A stretch of 64,000 nt of DNA from Massalongia carnosa (Eukaryota): the NCBI GenBank assembly GCA_965645245.1, contig OZ287071.1:248001-312000 (forward strand). The letters are read 5' to 3'. A model generated the notes under the pieces. That model was not told the origin of the DNA, did not search any database, and was given only the letters and a program-made list of their open reading frames with translations. Positions 62,723 through 64,000 of the stretch are shown here, piece after piece. Numbering within the stretch: the first letter of the stretch is position 1; every line of letters starts with the position of its first letter. A program made the position numbers and the translations under genes.

Positions 62723-64000
62723 TTAGATCCGTCGAACTTCTTTGCCCTTCATCTCCGGCCTTTCCACTTCCCATTCATCTCTTAGCACGGCAAACAACAA
62801 ATCCGCCACAACTACCGAGAGCCCCAGGCTCCACACCAGGGTTATGGCGTAGAAAAAGTTAGCATTCCCTGAACCGGCGTAGATCCAGAGGTAGTAGAAG
62901 GCAGGGCCCAGCAAAGTGGCGTAGAGGATGGTAGATATGACAAAGAAATTATATCGCATTACTAACGACTATCAGCCCGGTATAGGCTTGATGGATCTGG
63001 AAGAACTTACGTGGGAAAACATGCCTATACATAGGCACAAGAGCAAAGTACAGCGACGTGTCGGAGATACTCGGATAGGGTTTAAATACAGCAAATATCC
63101 CCAGGAGGCTCGTGATGACGAACAGCGGCTGATTACGCACACGGATGCAGAAACCACCAACATAACCTGTCAGGTGCAGCCAAAACACTCCAAGGAAGAA
63201 CTCCCGGAACGAATCGAACATTTCAATAAAGAAATACCACCAGAGCCCCACATTCGGCGTCAAATCGGGCAAGAGAAGATGAACGCCGTAGGTCGACAAA
63301 AGAAACTCCCAGGATCCGCCCGTGAGGAGATAGGAAATGTACAGGAACCATGCTATGCTTGCAGAGAATAATAAAAGGTACTTGAGAATGAATATAGAAG
63401 GAGTTGAGACCTGTATCCCTCTTCGCCTTGATTGATCATAGCAGAGGATGAGAAGAGGGGGGAAGAGAAGAACAGGGTACAGGGAGAGATACGCGGCTAC
63501 GGCTAGGGCAAGCATTGAGCTCAACGGTCTGCCATTTACCGCTTTGGCCGTCGCGTACAGTATAGCGTAGCTAGTAAAGACACTTGTGGGCCTGCCAAGG
63601 CAAGTTGCTATCGTGAAAGGGTTGAAGAGGTATCTAGAATGAATATTAATACTTGAAAAAATACGCCACTTGATAGATCTTACGCTGCTCCAATGGCTGC
63701 ATCATCCCATTTTATACATTTTCTGGAAGAAGTGAACAGTCGTGATGAGACTGACTCGCCAGACCCTGCGATTTGTACAAGGGCATCGGCGCAGAGGAGA
63801 TCAAGAAAGACGTAAAGGAGGCTGGTAAACAGAGAGAATGCCGAGGAAGGTATGAGCGCAAACAATGGTAGCAGGAGCGGCGCCTATATAAGTCGTCTTA
63901 GCAATTCATTCACGGAACTCTTACAGCCATCTCGAGTAGGACCCTTGTACCTGGTAGAAGACGCCCCCATCGTAGGGGGAGAGGCCGTGCGTGTATAGAA
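62723..64000 (-). CDS. GAB1: GPI transamidase subunit PIG-U/Gab1, 5' end outside the window, multi-exon
   Basis: SPYDGGVFYQ|APLLL, YLFNPFTIATCLGR, DLTPNVGLWWYFFIEMFDSFR, FKPYPS, YLWIYAGSGNANFFYAITL. Confidence 0.95.

Overview
Fungal (filamentous ascomycete-like) genomic DNA with short GT-AG introns carrying CTAAC/CTAAT-type branch points. The left ~35 kb is an accessory, decaying region. It holds a Fot1/pogo transposase remnant, a patatin-NB-ARC-TPR NLR gene with 11 near-identical 126-bp repeats and an in-frame stop, and a vacuolar-type MFS transporter. It also holds pseudogenes (P450, HNH, UbiA-type terpene cyclase), several MITE-like elements, a Pth11-like membrane protein and a zinc-finger/J-domain protein. 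The right part is mostly housekeeping genes (BolA, ABZ1, acyl-CoA synthetase, RPS2, LYR protein, GT25, NAA40, GAB1), interrupted by a kinase-ankyrin pseudogene and an intact piggyBac-family transposon that lacks TTAA ends and carries a nested 8-bp-TSD element. The most striking observation is a non-coding, A-tailed retroposon present twice (21167-21804 and 54796-55318). Each copy has its own 12-13-bp target-site duplication, and both start at exactly the same G. By manual pairing, that G is the first nucleotide of a complete HDV-like self-cleaving ribozyme fold, suggesting a ribozyme-headed SINE-like element. All calls come from manual reading; no database searches were run.
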